Positions 48,189-61,868 of a stretch of DNA of 64,000 nt are shown one piece after another (the first letter of the stretch is position 1; every line of letters starts with the position of its first letter). The translations under genes were made by a program, and so were the position numbers. This stretch comes from Eledone cirrhosa (taxonomy: Eukaryota): the NCBI GenBank assembly GCA_964016885.1, contig OZ024740.1, positions 311,984,001 to 312,048,000 on the forward strand, read 5' to 3'. Under the pieces are notes generated by a model. The model worked only from the letters and a program-made list of their open reading frames with translations. It did not search any database and had not been told where the DNA came from.

Positions 48189-49643
48189 TCTATATATTAA
48201 TTTCAACAATGTCAGTATTCCGTGTGTCATAATTCTCGATTATCATTGGTTCATAGGTTTCAAATAACTCCGCCCACCTCAACGACGCCAAACTTAAATT
48301 AATATGCATAATGCCAATGAGGAAGTGAGAGGGGAGAGTAAGAAACAGAGAGGCAAAGTGAACGCTGTAACTATTACCATGTGTGTGTGTGTATGTACGT
48401 GCGCATATGTTTATGTGTGTGTGCGTGCGTGCAGCGTTCCACAGAAAGTAAAAGCAATTCGACTTTATCAAACAGTGAAGTACAGCGGCAACGGCGAGCA
48501 ACCAGGAATGAAGAAAAACAGGCCGCACAGCACCATCGGAACGCCGAACTTCAGAGGCCAAGACGTGCCGCCATGAATGAAGAGGAGCTGGCTGAACAGT
48601 GCCAACGAAACACTGAAGCCAAGCAGCGACGGCATGCTGCAATGGTTGAAGACGAACTGGCTGAGCATCATCTTTTATATTAATTATCTATATCTATATC
48701 TACATATAATATAAAAGATTGGAACTTCCATCATCCTTTTGAGAAACGTGGAACAGCCACGTCTATAATATAATGAAATTATTGTGTAAAGTGCTCAGGT
48801 GCACTACAACTCGTCAAAGGTGCATGTATAGTACATAGAATAATACACAAATGTCAGGGAAGTGAATAGTGTATGAGTCATGATATACATGTGTGTATGT
48901 GTATGGAGGGGGAACATTAGGTGTAGTGTTGGCGAATCTCGGGAAGCATGGAGGCCATAAAGGATGCAGAGTCTCGACAGCCAACAACTGATGCAGGTAG
49001 TTTGTTCCATGCTTCAGCAACCCTGAGCGTGAAAAAATGTTTCCGAAAGTCATGGGAACTGAGCTGTTTTCTGACTTTGTGGGCATGTCCACGTGTGTTA
49101 GACACATGGAAATCAAAAAGGTACTCAGGGTTGTTGTTAGCAAGATGGTTAATAATTTTGTGGGTGTTTACCAAGTCAGTTGCCAGACGTCGGAACTTCA
49201 ATGTATCCATGCCCAGGGAAGCAAGGCATTCAGAGTATGGTAGATGCCTGATGGGAGGTATATTGAACAGTTTCCAGGAGGTCAATGTTCTGAGCAAGAT
49301 AGGGGTTCCAGACTGGTGATGCAAATTCTAAGTGTGGCCGCACTATAGCCATGTACAGCCTTAAATAGATAGCTGGAGAGTGGCTGACTATGCAATGATA
49401 CACGTTTTACAGTCAGGCAGAAGATGAATCTACTAGAGATCACTATTCTAGGTGGGAGCACCTAGAATTGTTCATATACTATGCATAAACGGTACAACAA
49501 AGAATCTGGTATATCTGGAAGATTTTTTTTACTGTTTTTTGTATCACAGACACCACGGACAAACATCCAATACAGTCATTTTCTCTTTTACCTGTCTTCT
49601 CTTATCATCTGTTTACCCGGGCGAAGCTGGGTATGTCAGCTAG
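48189..49643 (+). mobile_element. Non-autonomous, deleted Helitron
   Basis: A|TC 5' end; 3' hairpin ACCCGG-GCGAAG-CTGGGT then CTAG|T. Helicase remnants: KIGTSIILLRNVEQPRLCNDTR (split by the CR1), SRVG, GTTKNLVY. Charged R/E-rich repeat ORF at ~48470-48670. Confidence 0.85.
48767..49387 (-). mobile_element. 5'-truncated CR1 nested in Helitron
   Basis: CR1 RT C-terminus and 3' UTR; flanked by CTAT at 48763-48766 and 49388-49391. Confidence 0.88.
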
Positions 49644-49984
49644 TCCAATTTATGCTTCCTTTTTTTAAGGGTGTGTTTATTTAAATGATATTTGACTGCT
49701 ATGTCTAATGGCAAAGGCTCCCTCAATGGCTCAAGGTGCAAATATATGAAATACATTTATCTTTCCACTAATAGGGATTGAGTTATAAGAGAGAGTGTAT
49801 GTCTGACTCAGTTAAGTCCTGCCATAGAACAATTATAAAAGTGATCTTTTAAAATATAATGTATAATGACACTGTTATTTAGGTCTAGATTGGCCCTCAT
49901 TGAGCAGACCTATGACCAAAGACATTCTAGTCATGACCATGATGTTTGTTTGAAAATTACATGTTTCTGAGAGAAGTAACTTAC

Positions 49985-50192
49985 TTGTTCATAATTCTTC
50001 TTGAGAATGGCTTCGTAAAAGCCTGTAGCATCTTTATATTTCTCCTGCATAAACAAGACATGTGCAACATTTAGCTTCCATGTATCATGGTCATTGCAAA
50101 ATTCCACTGATGTCTGAAAGATCTTTTCAACTTGGGCATAGTTCTCCATATCCCAGTGGATACGAGCTTGTTGCATCAAGATGGGGATATAT
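49985..50192 (-). CDS. TTC30: TTC30 coding exon (YIPILMQQARIHW...KKNYEQ)
   Basis: cttAG / GTaagt; WKLNVAHVLFMQE. Confidence 0.96.
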
Positions 50193-51353
50193 CTAAGAAT
50201 AAAGACACAAATCTCATTACAATAATCCCTTAATTAATAGCCCCATATATATTCCTAGGTAATGAAATGCCAAACTAAGCAACATTCTACAAGTTTACTA
50301 AAATATAGAATAGAAACAGGATCCTTAAAAATAACCTCACATAACAACATTGTGTTAGATTTTAAACAATTTTATCACTCTAAAAGTTATACAGCTCATT
50401 GAACTATGGTGTGAAATAAGTGTTGGCAACAAGGCAAATTGCAACTCCCAAGTGAACCACTGAAGTGTTCTCTGTAAGTCTCAGACTGTTACAAATTTTC
50501 ATATGTAAGATATAATATACATGTAGGCCATGGGCAAAACTAAAAAAAATCATAAGTGAACAATTACAAAACGTAGTTGCTGATCTCTGGTCTAAAGTTA
50601 TGATGTAATTCATGTCTAAATTAGTAACAGGCACAAATGAAAATTAGTGGCATGAATGAAAGATTTGTAACAACTGCCAGATATAATAGCATGCATGCAA
50701 TTATATCTGGCAGTTTTGTACAAGCATAAAAGTAATCTTTAGAATACATCCAAGCTTTTAGTTCTGATATTTTCATTTCCACAAGAACACAGTTAAGGTT
50801 ATCATGATAAAACAATACTACTATAAATCAATTTGTCTGCTATTAAAAATCAAGTTAGATGAGGTCAGAGTTTTAGCACCAAACAACATTTACTATAAAA
50901 TCTAGCACATTCAGTTAGGGTTAGCAAAATATTATAAGGCATATTATTTCCCTAAATCTATTTTTAAACCATCACTGCTTTTTTCACACTTCTTACACCT
51001 AGAGATTAAAATATAAGAAAACACAACCATATGCTTAATTTTTTTTATTTTTTGAAGTTTCAATTACTTTTAATTAGAAGAATGGATTAGTGGATAAAAC
51101 AAAGTACTATTCATGTACTGGATCAACATAATATTCCATTAAAACATTGTAAATATGAATAGAATAAGTTTTCTTAATAAAAATTAAAAAAATCATAAAC
51201 AAATCACTCCCTCTTCCCCCTCCAATCTGTGACCCTAGAGCCGTTGCCCTTCATTTACTGTTTTTAAATATCTATAGTATGTTTAATTATATATCTTTTT
51301 ACAAACCTGGAAGCAAATAAAAACTAAATAATAAAAAACAAAACTGAGTTTAC

Positions 51354-51430
51354 GTTTCTAATGCATCATCATATTCATTTACAGCTTTCTTTAATGCTTC
51401 TTCATCACCATTCTGTTTTGACAGTTGTAC
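51354..51430 (-). CDS. TTC30: TTC30 coding exon (VQLSKQNGDEEALKKAVNEYDDALE)
   Basis: tcaAG / GTaaac; KKAVNEYD. Confidence 0.92.
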
Positions 51431-51571
51431 CTTGAATTATAGAAAATACAGTAATAACAAGGAGACACCAACACAGACTCAAGTTATCACTATATGCAAA
51501 TGAGCATCTCCAACCAATGTTTCATTACAAAAAAGCATATAAGCTGTAGCTTATTCCTGTTGCAATACTAA

Positions 51572-51628
51572 GTGAGTAAATGTCACTGATGACGGACATA
51601 AATCCAGAAACACGTCTGACATTCTCAC
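51572..51628 (+). ncRNA. Hammerhead ribozyme motif, type I
   Basis: gtgag-ta-aatgtca CTGATGA c-gga-cataaa-tcc-a GAAA cacg TC tgacatt-ctcac; 7-bp perfect stem I with a 5-bp extension; GUC triplet; C-A mismatch at the base of stem II. Confidence 0.75.
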
Positions 51629-51786
51629 ATGGCTACTGAAATAGCTGCGACATGATCAAAGTTTAAAATATTCATAAGACTCTTGTATGTTTATTATAAG
51701 TAAATGTATTGTATATATGCCTTCATATACACCTCAATTATGAACCATAGTATATTAATGCTACTGCTCATATATAGATAATGAAT

Positions 51787-52710
51787 ATAATGAAATTATT
51801 GTGTACAGTGCTCAGGTGCACTACAACTCGTCAAAGGTGCATGTATAGTACATAGAATAATATACAAATGTCAGGAAAGTGAATAGTGTATGAGTCATGA
51901 TATACATGTGTGTGTGTGTATGGAGGGGGAACATTAAATGTAGTGTTGGCGAATCTCAGAAAGCATGGAGGTTTTAAAGGATGCAGTGTCTCGACAGCTA
52001 ACAACTGATGCAGGTAGTTTGTTCCATGCTTCAGCAACTCTGAGCGTGAAAAAATGTTTCCGAAATCATGGGAGCTGTGCTGTTTTCTGACTTTGTGGGC
52101 ATGCCCACGTGTGTTAGACACATGGAGATCAAAAAGGTAATAAGGGTTGTTGTTGGCAAGATGGTTAATAATTTTGTGGGTGTTTTACCAAGTCAGTTGC
52201 CAGACGTCGGAGCTTCAATGTATCCATTCCCAGGGAAGCAAGGCGTTCAGAGTATGGTAGATGCCTGATGGAGGGTATTCGCTTGGTTGCACATCTCTGA
52301 ACAGTTTCCAGGCGGTCAATGTTCTGAGCAAGATAGGGGTTCCAGACTGGTGATGCAAATTCTAAGTGTGGCCACACCATAGCTATAACAGCTTTAAATA
52401 GCTAGCTGGAGAGCGGGTGACAAAGGTCTTGCTGAGTGATGCTAAGACACCCTTGGCCTTCTTGACAATTTTAGAGACTTGCTTCATCCAACGCAAATCG
52501 CTGCTGACCGTAATGCCCAGGTCACGTTCACAAGAAGACTTCTTGATAATAGTGTTGTTGAGGGAGTATGTGGACACTGGATTTTTACTCCCAAAATGCA
52601 TGGTGGTGCACTTGTCCATAGCTAGGTTGAGTTGCCAGTCTGTGATCCATTGTTGCATTGTGTCCAGGTCAGATTGCAGGCAAGATCTAAAGTATTCAGG
52701 ATCGGTCCTG
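51787..52710 (-). mobile_element. 5'-truncated CR1-clade LINE with frameshifts
   Basis: Same RT C-terminus and 3' UTR as the other copies. Confidence 0.9.
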
Positions 52711-52785
52711 ATATGCATACATACAGAAATAGTGCAGACATGCAAAGAGATAGCCTAGATAAAAAGCATATCAAAATGACAGTGA

Positions 52786-55700
52786 TTCATTGCCCTGCAG
52801 GCTATAACCGAAGAGTTTAAGACTGGCTGCCCATGAGATCTTCTGTATGCAGATGATCTAACTCTCATAGCTGAATCTATGGCAGAATTAGAGAAGAAAT
52901 CCAATCCTGGAAGCATGGCTTAGAATCAAGAGGTCTTAAAGTTAACCTGTCTTAGTATGTAGAAAGGAAAACAGGGCCCATTTCCCCTCGGGGAAATGGC
53001 CTTGCTCAGTGTACAGGAAAGGAGTAGGTAGAAATTCCATCCTAAATTCTCAGATGCAAGCTATGGGTACATAAAAGATGTAGTGGGATCACAGGCAGGC
53101 TATCAAAGAACGTAGGTTTTATATGTGGCCGATGCACAGGTGCAGTAAGTAGCAAGTACCCATAGAATACTAGCCCTTTCAAATACCCAGATTGCTCTGT
53201 AGAAATAATCGAAAGTTTCCGTTACCTGGGTGACCAAATCAGCAGTAGAGGAGTGTATTCCAAACATACAGTAGCCAGAGTAAGAACAGGATGGAGAAAG
53301 TTCAGGGAGTTACTACTGTTGCTAGCAACAAAAAGTTTTTCCCTCAAAATGAAGGACAGATTCTACGATGCATGTAAACAAACAGCAATGTTGCATGGTA
53401 GTGAGACCTGGGCACATATTGTAAATGTGCAGAGGACCTGCGAAGATTGGAAAAAAATGAAGCCTGCATGTTCCAATGGATGTAACACAAAGGGCAAAGC
53501 ATAAATGAACTAAGAGAGAAATTGGGCATAAGAGGGATCAGATGCAGCATGAGAGGAGATTGTGTTGGTATGGCCATGTGATATGTATGAAGAAGACGAT
53601 TTAGAGTCATATGACATAGATGATAACTGGAATTTCTTACATGACAACTTACTGCAGGCTACTGAAAAAACTTGTGGCTGGAGCAGAGCTCCATACAGCC
53701 AGAGAGTGACCTGGTGGTGGACCAGCACGGTAGATAGGGCCATTAGAGACAAAAGACTAGCATGGAATGCTTGGAAAAATGGTGGGTGTAGAGACGGATA
53801 CACAGCCGCTAAGAGAGAAGCTAGACATCAGGTGTACTTAGCACAAAGGGAGGCTGAGAGTAGGTGGTTTGCCAATGTTCTGCGACGGAAAGATCAGAGA
53901 AATGCGGTGTTCCGCATTGCAAGGCAGTGTGTCAATGTAAATCAGAATGTTGTTGGAGATAAGTGTGTCCGGAATGATGCCGGTGTACTTAGTGTCATGA
54001 TGATCAGAAAAAGGAGACCTGGAAATGTCATTATGAGAGACTGATGAATGTGGAGAATGAATGGGAGAGAGATAAATTACCCCCAGTAGACCCGACAGAG
54101 GGACCAGCTATTGAGATTGACGAATATAGGGTCCAAGAGGCGATTAAGGAAATGAAAAATGGTAAGGCCGCTAGACCGTCAGGGATAGTTGCTGAGATGC
54201 TGAAGGCATCAGGAGAAATAGGCACTAAACTGGTTGCAAACATCATCAATCAGCCTATATATGGTGGTGTCATACCCAAAGACTGGTGCAGCAGTATTCT
54301 CATAAATTGCTGCAAAGGTAAAGGGGATGCTCTGGAGAGGAGCAATTGTAGGGGCATAAAGCTGATGGATCAGGTTATGAAAGTGGCAAAGAGAATATTA
54401 GCGCAACTAATTAGAGAAAGGGTCAAATTAAATGAGATGCAGTTTGGTTTTGTGCCTCGGAAAAGTACAACAGATGCCCTCTTCTTAGTGAGGCAACTAC
54501 AAGAGAGGTTCTTAGAGAAGAATAAGCCACTATACTTAGCTTTTGTTGACCTAGAGAAGGCCTTTGATAGGGTACCCCCGATCTGTCATTTGGTGGTCCC
54601 TAAGGAAACTCGGTGTAGAGGAATGGCTTGTGAGGACAGTGAAAGCTATGTACAGAGGTGCAGTCAGTAAAGTCAGGGTAGGAATGGAGCTTAGTGAGGA
54701 ATTCCAGATACATGTAGGAGTACATCAGGGTTCGGTCCTCAGCCCACTCTTGTTCATTATAGTCCTCCAAGCCATAATAGAGGAGTTTAAGACTGGCTGC
54801 CCATGGGATCTTCTCTATGCTGATGATCTGATTCTTATAGCAGAATCAGTAGAGGAGCTAGAGAAGAAATTCTGGCTATGGAAACAGCAGTTGGAATCAA
54901 GAGGACTGAGAGTGAACATAGCTAAGACAAAAGTGTTGATAAGTAGAAAAGAGGACAAAACTCTGATTCCATCAGGGAAATGGCCATGTTCGATATGTAG
55001 AAAAGGAACTGGCATAAATTCTATAAAATATACACAATGCAGATCCTGGGTACACAAGAGATGTAGTGGGATAGCAGGCAAACTAACAGGTAGGGAAAAC
55101 TATGTATGCAGTAGATGTACAGGAAATTTGCCAGTAGTAATCGCAGTGATAGACACATTTTTCAAATGCAGGTGGGTTCTATAGAAGTGGTTGATAACTT
55201 CCGGTACCTAAGTGATCAGATTAGCAGGGGGGGGAGGGTTCCAAGGCCATAGTATCTAGAATAAGGACGGATTGGAAGAAGTTTAGGGAGCTGCTTCCTC
55301 TGTTGACAAAGAAGGGTTATATGATGCCTGTGTGAGATGCACGATGCTGCATGGTAGTGAGACATGGGCAGCAACTACAGAGGATATGTGATGGTTGGAG
55401 AGAAATGAAGCAAGCATGCTCCATTGGATGTGCAATGTCAATGTGCGTGAACAACCAAGCATAGATGTATAAGAGTGATCAGTTGTGGTGTGTGGGAGAG
55501 AAGACTGAGATGGTATGGACATGTGATGCGCATGGAGGATAACCATTTGGTAAAGAAGTGCCAAAAAATCCCAGTAGAAGGAAGACGCAGTAGAAGAAGA
55601 CCACGAAAAACATGGGCGGAGGTGGTGAGAGCAGACCTCATATCGCTGAAGTTCACGGAGGAGATAACGAAGGACCGTGACAAGTGGAGAGATGCTGTGT

Positions 55701-55935
55701 TGAATAGGACCTGTCCCACCCTTGCAAGCAGGGAAAAGCAGACGTAAAATGATGATGATGATGACAGCTGTATAAAAAGGTGCAGGGTGATCAAAGTTGA
55801 TGGAAGAGTAGGAAGACTCAGGAGGACCTGGGATGAGTTGATAAAAGCTGACATTGCACAAGTGCATCTCTCAAATACAATGACACAAGATCGAGATCTT
55901 TGGTGTTATGCAGTAATACAGAAGATCCGCCTTCC
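52786..55935 (+). mobile_element. RTE-clade LINE remnants: older copy (~52786-53597 + ~55766-55935) interrupted by a younger copy (~53598-55760)
   Basis: QFGFVP, AFVDLEKAFDRVP, GVHQGSVLSPLLF, LLYADD, C-rich KWPCSICRKG, RLRWYGHVMR, GRPRKTW-like motif; (GAT)n tail at ~55749-55763. Confidence 0.9.
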
Positions 55936-56114
55936 CATGCACACGAACAGAAATATACATCTAGTAGGCAGTTCTTAACCACTATCCTTCCCCGCTCCCA
56001 TGCCCCATGACCCACCTAAATCTGATCACACCACCCTTACATTGTAAAGTTGTTGAGTCAGTATCACAATAAAAAGCATCCAGCCTACACCTGACCTGAC
56101 TTACTGCAAATGGG

Positions 56115-56172
56115 ACAACCCGTCTAACCCATGCTAGCATGGAAAATGGATGTTAAACGATGATGATGATGA
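56115..56172 (+). repeat. RTE-type 3' tail (aacccatgctagcatggaaaatggatgttaaacgatgatgat), dispersed
   Basis: Recurs at ~3670, ~11915, ~28535, ~44400 and reversed at ~2375, ~61405, ~62245. Confidence 0.65.
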
Positions 56173-58080
56173 CAATATATGTGTGTGTGTGTGTTTGTGT
56201 GTGTATGTACATATATACATACATACACCCACAGACAAACAGATATTTACAAATATCAACACAGCTATGAACAATCTCATATCAAGTTCCTTTTATATTT
56301 TTTCTTCCTTTCATTTTTTTTTTTATGTTTTTCCTATGCCAATATGGGGATGCTGATTTTGCATGAACTGTGAAAGTAAAATAACTAATTGCAGGATATC
56401 CTCTGGAAAATCCTAATGCCATTCAATTGTTGTGTCTGTATTTCCTTTAGGTAGACAAGCACCAATAAAATGTGTCATGGTTTGAATATATTAAAGAAAC
56501 AGTCTGCACTAACTAACTAAGTTTATAGATCTGAAGGCAGTTACTATTCTCTAGACTAACTGACAAAACACTATAACAATACAGGCAATATAAAGTTCAA
56601 CTATAATTCTACTTTATTAACTCTTTTATTACCAGATTTCTAATGAAAAATAATGTCTGATTTTCAAATAATTTTGAAAATAATCAAGAATTTCAAAGGA
56701 TTTAGTAATATAAATAACCTTTTCATTATTAAGCTGGTATTTAGAAGATAACTAAACAAAGGTTCTTACATAAAATTATGATGGAAGGTTTTTAGATGAA
56801 TAAACACTTTATAATAGGCAGCTGCCAGTTTTGGAAGGCCCACAGAACTAGATGATTGTGTTGAAATGCATAACAAAGACGCCAGAGGTCTTATTGATAG
56901 TACTCTTTTATAACTCTGTCCTTCAGGTGCATATTCATGATGCACAATGCCTTAATAATCAAAGAAACAGTTAGCATCACCTTGTTTTTTTCTGCACTTG
57001 ACATACTTTTGGGGGCTTTGGTGACATTGGATGTTTCCCTTATGATGACTGAGATTTGGTTACTGGATCTCACCAAAACACTCACATCTTATCTCCAGTT
57101 ATGATGGTATTCAAGAACCTTGTTGACAATATCAGGTGAAATAAAAATGTGATAAGTAATATAGCACTGCCTAGGCTGTCTGTTTGATTGCAACTGATGC
57201 ATCCAGTGAGCTTACCAAAAATAATGCATGCACATCAGAAAAAATAAAGTAGGGTACTTATTCAACAGACATCATATTTATTATGGTTTTCTAAACAATA
57301 TTTACCAGCTTGGTGAGTGGGTGATTTAACACTAATTTGGTTTTAAAACTGCTTTAAATTCTTTTTTTCTGCTGTAACAGATAGTGCTTCAAAACTGAAA
57401 TATTTGCAAATGAATAATTAGAGCATTTGTCTTTACAGTTGTATGTCTTCTTCTCACAAACTCAAAAGTACAGCAGTAACATAATCTATTTTTAGCTATA
57501 AATGATTGATCTAAGTAGAGTAATACTTCTATCAAAAATTGGACACTTGTTTAGTATGCTGACATTTTAACCTTGTATCATTACATTTGTAAGGTGTCAA
57601 TAGCAATGTTTGAACTTTCAACTATGCTACAGCATATTATCCTCATACACATAATATTCCTTAATGAGTTTGGTTCCCTAGGAGTCATATACAGCCTTTG
57701 TGGCCAAGTTCTTCTCGGGTTTCAAATCCCAATCAATTCAATTTGAAGCTGTTTTCTCATTTCAAATTATAATATTGAACCTCTATAAAGGCAACAACTA
57801 CCAACACTACAACATATATGCGTCTCAACAGTAAATCTATAATTATGCTACAATGAACTCTACATATAGTATTTACAATTACTAATTTGAGACAAGAAGC
57901 CTCTGTTGTTGATTGACCTGCTAAAAATAGCAGCCAAATCTCCTTTAAATCACACACAACCATCTTAAAAAACTGGAATGGCACATGGGATAAAACAGGA
58001 TGGTTATGACTGTTTGATCAGGGTTAACCAGGGTACTACTATTACTACAACTACAAAAATAACTACAACAATTAACTTAC

Positions 58081-58200
58081 CTGTTTAGTGAGTTTACGTA
58101 ATATTTCTGTCTTTCTGCTAGCCATCTCATCTAGTTTACGATAAGCATCTTCAGGAGATGTTTGTCTCATGATGACAGCTTCAAGGAAATCATAAAGTTC
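58081..58200 (-). CDS. TTC30: TTC30 coding exon (ELYDFLEAVIMRQTSPEDAYRKLD...LRKLTKQ)
   Basis: tgcAG / GTaagt. Confidence 0.95.
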
Positions 58201-59847
58201 CTGCAGAGAAATAAGAAATGTAACAATGTATAAATTTAACTAAATACTTGAACTGCATACTTACAAGAGAACATGTAGTTTATAACAAGCAGAAGCAAGA
58301 TATTTCAATGAAAAAAGCAGTATGTTTTTTTTGTAAACTACATTAACACTATCCCTAGCTATAAAGTATTTACCTGTGCTGTGCATCCATTATTCAATTA
58401 ACCCTTTTATTACTATATTTCCAATGGACACTAATTATCGTTTTCAAATCATTTTTAAAATAGTCAAAAACTTGAGGGTGTTAGTAATATAACTAACTTT
58501 CTTGTTATTGAATTGATATTTGGTAACAAAACTCAACAAAAGTTTTTACATAAAATTATGATGGAAGGTTTTTAGATAAATATAAACACTTTGAAATAAA
58601 CAGCTTTCTATCTTAGAAAAAGGGACAGTTTCATGCAGTTTGGTAATGAAAAGAATAGACATTTTGGTGTCTTGATAATACATTGCTAACTGTCATGATA
58701 CTACAAAGATAAATGTTTTGATATCACAATACTGTCTTCATTTTACAAAGTTAACAAGTAGGGTTATTGGGACAGAGTCCACAAGCATGCCTTCCAATGA
58801 GTCCTATCAGAAACAACTATCTCCAACCAATCCAGCAGGATCCCTAAGCAAGACCAGCCGAGCTCATGGATATTATCCAACACTCTTGCTCAGTGTCTAC
58901 CCAAAAATTTCCTGTCAGTTGGTTTTGCCCATAAAATCTTTCCAGCAATTCTTTGCTTAGACATTCTGACCACATGTCCATAGTATTGGAGCTGTGTCTC
59001 TGAATTCAGAGACGTAGTGGCTCTGCCTAGGGAAACTCCCTAATCATTATTAGAGAGCTACACACTCTATCGAGTAATGTTACTCCAAAGAATGTTACTC
59101 CAAAGACCCTTCAGAGGAACCCCCCATTTCGGTCATTTGTATTCGCGATCATAGTTGTTGTTCTCCTAAATATATATAACTCAGTCTAAAGGAGCCAGTT
59201 TATTAGTTTATTGGGAGAATTGGTAGTGTTAGACAAAATATCTTGTGGTATTTAGTTACATCCTTTTATGATCTGTTCAGATTTTGTCAGGTTAGACTTT
59301 AGATTTTATACTCTGTGGATCAATAAGTATCAGTCAAGCCCGAGCAATTCATCTTAGCCTTCTATTATAATGAGTTGATGGCACCGATTGCACTCCACCT
59401 CCAAAAATGTCTGACTTTGTAGCTATGTTAGAAATGTTTTATTTAGTCCGAAGAGGAGAGACAATGTCCAAAGATTATGCTTGTTTTTCCTGATTGGTGA
59501 GATCAGCTTGAATTTTAGCTGGCTGATGCCTCTAAAGAAAACATGGGCTTGGAGAGGATATAAAAGATCTTCAGTTTAGTGGGAGCAGGATTGGTAAAGG
59601 GTTAAGTAAGTGGTTTGTAGGGTGAAAATAGCAAAGAGGAAAGGTAGGTGTATCGGGCAATAGGTACATAACCTGCTAGTTCAAAATAGCAGAAGCCATT
59701 GTAGTAGAAATAGAGGAAAACAGAGGAAGAATACAGCATGTTCAGAGACTAATGGTTGTAGACATGTCCAACCTTCAAGAAAAATAGTTGTTGTGATGAT
59801 TAGGATTATGATGATGATGATGTGTTTAACTTGCTTTCAATACTTAC

Positions 59848-59913
59848 TGGCATCAGGTATTTGAATGTAAGGTGGGCATTTTCTGCTAATACATCTGCAG
59901 CAAGATCAAAATA
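59848..59913 (-). CDS. TTC30: TTC30 coding exon (YFDLAADVLAENAHLTFKYLMP)
   Basis: atcAG / GTaagt. Confidence 0.95.
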
Positions 59914-60789
59914 CTGATTTTGAAAAATAGAAAAAGAGAAGCAATTATACATTGAACACGCGTGAGAAATGTAAAATACTGTCTTTTTAGTAACACATTT
60001 TCCACATCTACATCTCAAGAAGTGTTCTTTTTCTTTGAGATAAAGGTAGCTAAATAACAAAGAACACTGAGTGAGTAAGGATTACTAAATTAACACTTTC
60101 ATACCAATAGCATTGTTGATGCTGTTGTGTAGTCTCAAGCCATCCATTTATTGAGTAGTCTTATGATCAAAGACATGTCATGACTATACCATTTTATTTC
60201 AGGACTAGTGTAGATCCAACTTCATTATTCAAAGTGTTCTGGTCGATAAAATAAAGCACCAGTAATGCACTGGGGTAGATTTAATCGAGTTCTTCCCCCT
60301 TCAAACTGCTGGCCTTGTGCCTAAAGTAGAAACAATTATTCAAAGTGTTCTTTTTTAAGATAGTAATATGTAGTTTGAAGAAAATTTGGCTGCTATTTCT
60401 ATCAAGTAGAGAAGTAGCAGATCATGTTGAATTGAATAGCATATGTTATGCCCTGGTGTAAAGTGGTTTACTTTATAATCATCCAAAATATTCCACTGTC
60501 AGAGTTGACATTCAACTGAAAGGATGGTACTCAGAGTAGCAAATGACTATAAAACACCAACAGCTTATACTAATATCTGAATTCAGAGACACAACTAACC
60601 TATATGAATATTTTAAGATAAACATAAAATTCATTATTTCATAAATCATGAGGTGAACACATTATTTTGACATAATATTTTGTGTCATTGGTTTCTATTG
60701 CATCTTTTGTTTTACTGGGATAGATCCCTTGCCCAAACCTCCTCCTCCTCCTCTTGTAACACTTGTCATTTGACAGTGTTGTGATTTAA

Positions 60790-61010
60790 CCCTTTAGCAT
60801 TTACATTAATTTTTATTTACTATTATATTTTCATGGTAAAGGCTTTACTTCACATAATTATCTCACATGATATCGAATCTATGAGATTTTAATATTATTT
60901 ATTTTCAAAACAATACTTTAACATCAGTATGAACAGCCGGTTACAGCGAGTTTGAACAGAAAGAGGTGAGAGAATTCTGGCCAGATACGGCCAGTTTAAA
61001 TGCTGAAGGG
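60790..61010. mobile_element. piggyBac-type MITE
   Basis: TTAA|CCCTTTAGCATTTA...TAAATGCTGAAGGG|TTAA; ~14-bp TIRs and TTAA TSD. Confidence 0.85.
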
Positions 61011-61868
61011 TTAAACCAATGAAGGAATCAATCATTACATGGTTGCTAAACCTGCTACAAAATAGCAGACAAACTTGTCAAATCATACTGTACCATCTTT
61101 ACTCTTTTGTGACCATATTTCTAATTAAATACACTATTTCAATTAATTAATGAAGAATTTTGAGGGATTTAAAATTATTAATTATTTCATTACTAAGATA
61201 GTACCTTAACATATGATCCTTATATAAAATTATGTTGGAAGATTTAAATTTAAATAGGAACCCTTTAAAACGTGACCATATTTCTAATGATATACACTCT
61301 ATTTCAAGTAATTAATGAAGAATTTCGATAGATTTACTAAAATATTTAATTATTTCATTTAGATAGTAACTTAACATAGGATTCTTATGCAAAATTATCA
61401 TCATCATCATTGTCATTTAATGTCCACTTTCCCTGCTAGCAAGTGTTAGAGGGGTCTATATAGATAGAGTCAGTGCAGAAACAGAGCTACTAACCTCCCA
61501 GACAGGCCAGTGGGGGTCTGCATCTCACTTTCGTGTGATCTTACACTCTATCGAATGCACAGGAGAAGTTGTCATGTCTTTGACACATCTGACCTCCCAA
61601 CCTTTTGTTTGGCAGGCTTTCTATGGTTGGATGCCCTTTCCATCACCAACCACTTTACAACATTGGATCTCTATTCCAATTGAACAATTATTCCAACAAT
61701 TTATATGCTGATAACCATATTTTCAAAACCTATCACATATGTACAAGTATAGAAAACTAGATATGAGATTATTTCTTTCTAAATCAAATCAAGAATAAAA
61801 CTATTAGATGAGTTAGATATTAAACTATGCCAAAATCAAACTGTTTTAAATCCTGCAGAAATATTTAC

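Noticed and set aside
61109-61400. ~163-bp tandem duplication
   Set aside because: Local duplication of a common MITE-end sequence; no ribozyme or other structure seen
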